64,000 bases of DNA. It comes from Ostrea edulis (Eukaryota). Within the stretch, counting starts at the first letter, position 1. Every line of letters begins with the position of its first letter. Location of the stretch: NCBI RefSeq assembly GCF_947568905.1, contig NC_079168.1, positions 30,938,001-31,002,000 on the forward strand. Reading direction: 5' to 3'. Position numbers and translations under genes: made by a program. The notes beneath the pieces were generated by a model. That model was not told where the DNA came from. It worked only from the letters and a program-made list of their open reading frames with translations, and did no database searches. Of the stretch, positions 58,520 through 64,000 are shown in pieces.

Positions 58520-59540
58520 ACACTGAGGTGATGAACTACACGAGACACTCTATATAGTACCAGGATGCTGCGTCTCTGAATAAACGGAAGTTAAGGGGAT
58601 GTAAACTGGAGGATTGTTCAGAAAATGTAAGGCCTGGCAGAGACCTTCCACCTAAAACAAACGTATATAGGTCACGACTGCCAAGTCCACACAACTCAGC
58701 GGATAGGTATCGAAATTTTCGACTATTGTTTGCACCAAGCTTCTCTGAATACAAAGGTTCCTATGCAAGCTGTTGGAACATGTTCAAATACATTTGTAAA
58801 AACACGATGACAAACTATACACATCTCGGGTGGAGTATCGACAAGAGTCCAGAGTTTCACTATAAATTTGCAAAGTTGAACTTCGTGCATGTCTGTAGGA
58901 ATTTTCCAGAGCATGTTGGAATTTCTACTTTGGGTTATACTTCTGAAGAGTGTGAAGTCAGGGTCTAGGAGTATACGTGCTGATCTAGTTTCTGAGATAT
59001 GGTTGGATACAACAAAGTTAACAGTTCTTTTCCATTCTGCTTTGGTGGGAAACGTTCCAAGTTAGGGATAGAAGTGGAGTTGTATTTGAAGGCTATACTT
59101 GTTGAGTAGATCGATCACATCCGGTGTGAACCCATAAAGTTTGTGTTTTGGAAAGTCGATGTATGAAAAAAAGTCGCCATGAGGTGGAGTTAATGCCTAT
59201 GTCTGAGGGAGAGAAGCGCAATACGCTAGATTTATTTGAGCTGAAGGTAAATCTCCATTATATTGAGTAGCTGTAGGCTGTGTCTAGAAGAATTTGGAGT
59301 ACCCGTGATGACAATGCTACACAGGAAATATCATCTGCTAGTTTCACAGGGTCTAAGCCCGATTGGGCTCGAACTCTGTGATACCATATATTTATGGTAT
59401 CACAGAGTTCGGGCCCAAACGGGCTTAGCCCCTGTGTCTGCTAAGGCTGGATTTGAAGATTTTATACTGTAAATTCCGGTATTTGTGCATTTATTTTGCA
59501 GTTCCTGTAGACGATCATTAATAAACACCAGATAAAGTAT
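58520..59540 (-). pseudogene. Decayed non-LTR RT fragment
   Basis: ILYLVFIND...NPALADDISCVALSSRVLQILLDTAYSYS*WRFTFSSNKS once the 59342-59436 insert is removed. Confidence 0.7.
59342..59436. mobile_element. 95-bp hairpin insertion inside the RT LADD codons
   Basis: Arms cacagggtctaagcccg...ctctgtgataccat / atggtatcacagag...cgggcttagcccctgtg; flanks TCTGCTAG/TCTGCTAA. Confidence 0.75.
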
Positions 59541-60155
59541 GGTTGAAAGGAGTCTACCTTGCCTTACCCAAGGGGCCATGATTTTAACAAATTTGAATCT
59601 ACACATGTCAGAAAGCTGTCATGTCAATTTGAACTTGTCTGGCCCAGTGGTTCTTGAGAAGATGATTTTCCCCTACATATTCGCATGTAAAACGTTTGAT
59701 TCCCTATTTTGGCCCCATCCTACCCCCAGGGCCGTGAATTTAACAAACTTAAATTTGCATTATGTCAGGAAGTTGCCATATAGATTTGATCTTTTCTGAC
59801 CCAGCTAGTGGTTTTAAATCAACACACCTTATTTTTGTGATTATCTCCCATTTGAAGGGGACTTAACCCTTCATTTGACGAAATGTGAACCCCCCTCACC
59901 CAAGGATGATTTGTACCAAGATTAATTGAAATAGGCCACAGGCAATTCCATCGCTTAGGGTCGAATTTACTATTAAAGAGTACTCTGTATTAGTAAATTC
60001 AACCCCAAACGATGCAATTGTCTGTGAAATTGGCCCTCTGGTTCCAGAGAAGAAGATTTTTTAAATTTTTGTCAGTGTATTTTTGCTTTTATCTCCCTTG
60101 GAGAAGAGGCGTTACACCTCATTTCAACAAACTTGAATTCCCTTCACCAAGTTTT

Positions 60156-60193
<38 letters not shown>

Positions 60194-60290
60194 AAATGTG
60201 AAAAGTTTACGACACAACGACAACGGAAAGTTTTGATCAAAAAGGCTCACTTGAGCCCTCGGCTCAGGTGAGCTAAAACAACCCAAGACT
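59540..60290 (-). mobile_element. Helentron-associated (HINE-type) non-autonomous element
   Basis: The minus strand starts TTTTAGCTCACCTGAGCCGAGGGCTCAAGTGAGC (subterminal inverted repeat), then TAAACTTTTCACATTTTC...CCAATTTCAACC and repeated cccc-a-gggcc-atgattt-aacaaa core units. Family assignment is from recall. Confidence 0.6.
59937..60026. mobile_element. 90-bp hairpin insertion with 8-bp TSD
   Basis: cacaggcaattccatcg...cgatgcaattgtctgtg flanked by AAATAGGC/AAATTGGC. Confidence 0.7.
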
Positions 60291-60329
60291 TTTCTTTTAT
60301 AACCCCGAGCTTTGCAAATATATGCCTCT

Positions 60330-60830
60330 GCGCTTCCAGGGGAAAATACATTAACAGTCTTCCTAGGGGCCGGCGCCCCAGATGATGTTAAGCGGCGAGA
60401 AGGCTTCTCCTGACTAGTAGGTACCAGACCTATCAGTAGCTCCAGACGATGACCCAGGCCCACCTTTCGCCCTCGGGGCTTCAGAGTGACGCTGGGGCTG
60501 ACGATCACTGCTTCCCTGTGCGCCTCCTAACTACTGGTACCTGGACACTTCCTACGAAAATGGCCGGCTTCGCCGCATTTAAACATGTTGGGGGAGCCCG
60601 TTCAGCAGTTGCCTCCATTGGCCTGGATGAAGTAAGGTACCAAAGGAGTGGAACCACAGGGCCTGTTACTATCTGTCGGAGCAGCTTCCACGAACTGCAT
60701 GTGGTCCAATATCTCCCCAAGGTCGCGCATGGAGTTCCGGTCTGGAGAAGGATCCCGGCCGGGTTAGCCCTCGCCCGGCCCCGGCGAACTTTCAGCTTCA
60801 CGCCTTCAGGAACTAACTTTGGCTAGATTA
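60330..60830 (-). pseudogene. LTR-retrotransposon Gag fragment with CCHC zinc knuckle
   Basis: (C)FKCGEAGHFRRKCP at 60543-60587, with a one-base frameshift at the first Cys; GC-rich island containing stops. Confidence 0.65.
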
Positions 60831-60969
60831 AATTGCTGGAAATACTACACCCGCTCCACAGCCTCCACTGTTTAGGCTGTGCCCATCCATCCTGGCATCC
60901 TGGATAACAATATGTACTACTATACCGTCAGAGTTCATATTTCTGCACTGCACACACCTATGGTTATAT

Positions 60970-61035
60970 CATCTTCGCTAGCCAAGGGTGACGCTCCACG
61001 GTGTTTCTCTTTTCTACCTTTGGCTAGCGAAGATG
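60970..61035. mobile_element. 66-bp TIR element with 9-bp TSD
   Basis: TIR CATCTTCGCTAGCCAA; TSD TGGTTATAT at 60961-60969 and 61036-61044. Confidence 0.85.
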
Positions 61036-62053
61036 TGGTTATATAGGAAATATTGATTTCAGACAAGATTTAAATTAACAAAATGAAATATACAATAATA
61101 AATAACCAAACTACTTCACACATATAAGGCTAAACATTGAAAGGGGACGTTACCAAAAAATCCCTCGACACGAGAGATTTTGTCCAAGATGCAACAACAA
61201 TTCAGTGGATGACGAAAAACATTTTTTATTCTCATGTAGTCATTTATCAGAAGAAAGGGTTATCTTATTTCAAATGATAGACAAATCATGTAAGAATTTT
61301 GTAAAGATGGACAGTGATCAAAAGCTTATATGGCTGGAATGAAGATGAAAATATCCTCATCCAAATTAGTAAGATGATTTTAAACAGTGGGATATAATAC
61401 TACAAATGTTACATTTCATTGCATTATGCACATTTTCTTTCTTCGTCATATTTTACACCTGTAGGCTGTCTTGGCTACTGGGAGTACAAGACCAACAGTC
61501 TGGTAAAACAATTTACTACCAGATTGTTAACAGGTACTGTCCCTCGGTGCTCCCTGTAATCAGGTCAACATGTCGTGTTTTTATTCTCTCATATAACGCT
61601 ATTCTCTTTTATATAAGTATTCTAACCTTCCTGCTTTAGACATAAAACATTCAGAACAACTGGATCTTGTGTGTAAATATGTAATATACTTGCATGCTGT
61701 ATTCAGTAATGTGATTTTGAACAGTGTAATGTGATACTGCAAGTACATGTCTTTGCATTCTACCCATTTCCTTTACTTTACACTTGTAAGCTGTCTTTGT
61801 TACTGGGAGTACAAGATCAACAGTCTGGTACAATAAATTTATTACCAGACTGTTAACAGGCACTGTCCCTTGGTGCTCCCTGTAACCAGGTCAACATATT
61901 GTGTTTTTATTCTCTCATATAATGCTATTATTCTCTTTTATATAAGTATTCACACGACATATTTCTAAATGATTGTTATTTATTTTCATAGTTATAATTA
62001 ATTGCCTGTTAACATGTACATGCCCCCCGAGGACCCTTGATTGGTGAATAAAC

Positions 62054-62054
<1 letters not shown>

Positions 62055-62137
<83 letters not shown>
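62055..62137. repeat. (TA)n microsatellite
   Basis: Direct, slightly interrupted dinucleotide run. Confidence 0.97.
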
Positions 62138-62140
<3 letters not shown>

Positions 62141-62583
62141 ACAGTGCCAGTTTCAGAGGCAATATCAGTATAATAGTTTAAGTAAATACAGTATCAGCAT
62201 GCAAGTATAAAACACATATGTACAGGATCCAGTTGATCTGAATATTGTTTTATGTCTTAAGCAGATAATTTATTATATAAATGAAAATAATTGTACTATG
62301 TAAAATAAAAGTTAAAGAAAGCATAATTCATTGACTTGATTACAAAGCACACCAAGAGACACGCCAGTTAACAGTCGATCTGGTCCTAAATAATTAGTTT
62401 AAACTATTTATTCGTAAATAATTCAATAATAATGTTTACAAACAATGTCTTATACATGAAATAGATTGAGAAACAAGTCAAAAGGCTTATATTAATCTCG
62501 CTCCAAGATAAATAAATTGCACCAGATTGTTGGTCTTGTACTCCCAGTAACCATGCAGTAACCAAGACACATTTGTAACATGA

Positions 62584-62683
62584 GCACTTGTTTCTGTAAA
62601 TGACTTATGACCTCTGTATACTAATAATAACACGTGTTATTATTAGTATACAGAGGTCATATGTCATTTACAGAAACAAGTGC
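62584..62683. repeat. 100-bp spacerless palindrome
   Basis: Two 50-bp arms with one mismatch, centred on CACGTG. Confidence 0.92.
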
Positions 62684-63014
62684 CTATATGGCAGATACCC
62701 CCCCTTCCCCCGTAAATCTAATAAATTGAATTGAACCGCAACTGATTCCAATTTGATTTAGAAAAATTATGTCAAATATGATCAAACAATAACGAAGCAC
62801 GTGTTGCTAAGTACTGGAGGTGGTTGAAACACGTTGCGAACCAGTAAAAATAAAATTAAAAATATTGACAGGTCGCCGAGAAAACCTCAGGCCGCGAGTA
62901 TCGTCTTTCTGGTTCTCCTGAGGGAAGCTAATATTGTTTGGTCTCTAGGATCTGCACCTTATACCAAATACTATAGCTATACACTGAACACTGTGCATAT
63001 ATCTCGCCCAGCTA

Positions 63015-63330
63015 GTCCCCGCCCCCGCCACTCATTGATCACTTGTACAATCAAGTGGCGGGGGCGGGGACCAGCCTAAACTCGCCCCACGTGAATGTAT
63101 TGTCATTTCTCCGTTAATAAAAATCATGCATATATAAAGCTAATTATTTAATAATACAAATTAGGGACTAGTGATATTATACGTCATTTATTTAACAGAC
63201 AGAAGCGCGGTAACCTCTATTTTTAGACAGTTTATAAATAGAAACCAATCGGACATCGTTTATTAGGCCCAGTGCCAGAAGCCTGAGCGTTGTTGGAGAC
63301 GGAGCTTAGACTGACAAGACAAGGTGAGAA
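63015..63330 (+). promoter_or_regulatory. Putative promoter and non-coding first exon of a gene running off the right end
   Basis: GC boxes CCCGCCCC (about 63019) and GGGGCGGG (about 63060), CACGTG (about 63088), TATAAATA at 63233-63240, AAG|GTGAGA donor at 63323/63324. Confidence 0.5.
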
Positions 63331-64000
63331 TCTCAATTTTTTATTCTTTTTAAAGATATTTTTTGCCTTCTTTCAAATATGTTTTAAAAGAAATAAATAC
63401 GTAGGCTTAAAACAGAGGAATAAGGGCCAGGGATCTAGAGAATCATTTCCCCCCGGAACTATCGCAGTTCTATTTAAAAACATGACCCCCCCCCCTTCCA
63501 CCTCACAGGTGCTTGTTTTAATTTCATAGACTTCGTAAATTATGCTAATCATTAACATTTAAATTCTATTTAAAAATCAAAATTGCATATACCATAACTT
63601 ACAAAGTCTATTAGATAATGAAAACAAATCAATTTCCAATCACTATTTGTAGGATGGGCTATAATGCCTGGATCAATAGTTTTATTTCTGCCACCCTAAT
63701 TGCAATTTCTGATTTACAAATGTCAATAATTTTAAGATATGTGTATCTTTATGATCTACTTTATGCAGAAGTGAATCAACAATTTTCCTGTAAACACTGA
63801 CTCAAGATGAGCACTTTTGTGGACAGTGATCGTACAGTACAAAGTAAATTCCTTATTAAGAAATGCTGTACATGAAAACAATGTATTATATGATAATAAC
63901 AAAAGCAGCTGAATCAGTATAGCATTCATCATATATAATAACTTGGATATACAATGCCCTATACATGATAAAAATATTGTTTCATTTGTTGCTAATAAAT

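Overview
Eukaryotic, AT-rich, repeat-dense DNA. The repeat families suggest an oyster-like bivalve (inference). Spliced genes I could reconstruct by hand: (1) a 12-exon MOCS3/UBA4 gene (+, 14486-37166, 444 aa); three of its 11 introns (5, 8, 11) carry U12 minor-spliceosome signals, and its introns hold several unrelated minisatellites. (2) A strongly divergent, intron-containing histone H3 variant (-, 11382-14348, 153 aa). It sits head-to-head with MOCS3, 137 bp ATG-to-ATG, and lacks the CENP-A diagnostics. (3) Two secreted glycine-rich proteins (-, 102 aa and 455 aa) that resemble shell or extracellular-matrix proteins. There is also an unidentified first coding exon near 4.2 kb and a promoter/first exon near 63.2 kb. 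Mobile DNA: a 5'-truncated CR1/L2-like LINE, two decayed RT fragments, a Gag zinc-knuckle fragment, Penelope/Naiad-like 3' ends with a SECIS-like motif, and an internally deleted hAT that carries a vertnin-like OTU domain. There are also Helentron-type repeats, SINEs and many very small (64-131 bp) hairpin insertions with 8-9 bp target-site duplications. One 2.7-kb satellite appears to derive from a MITE terminus. All coordinates and translations were read by eye; no database searches were run.
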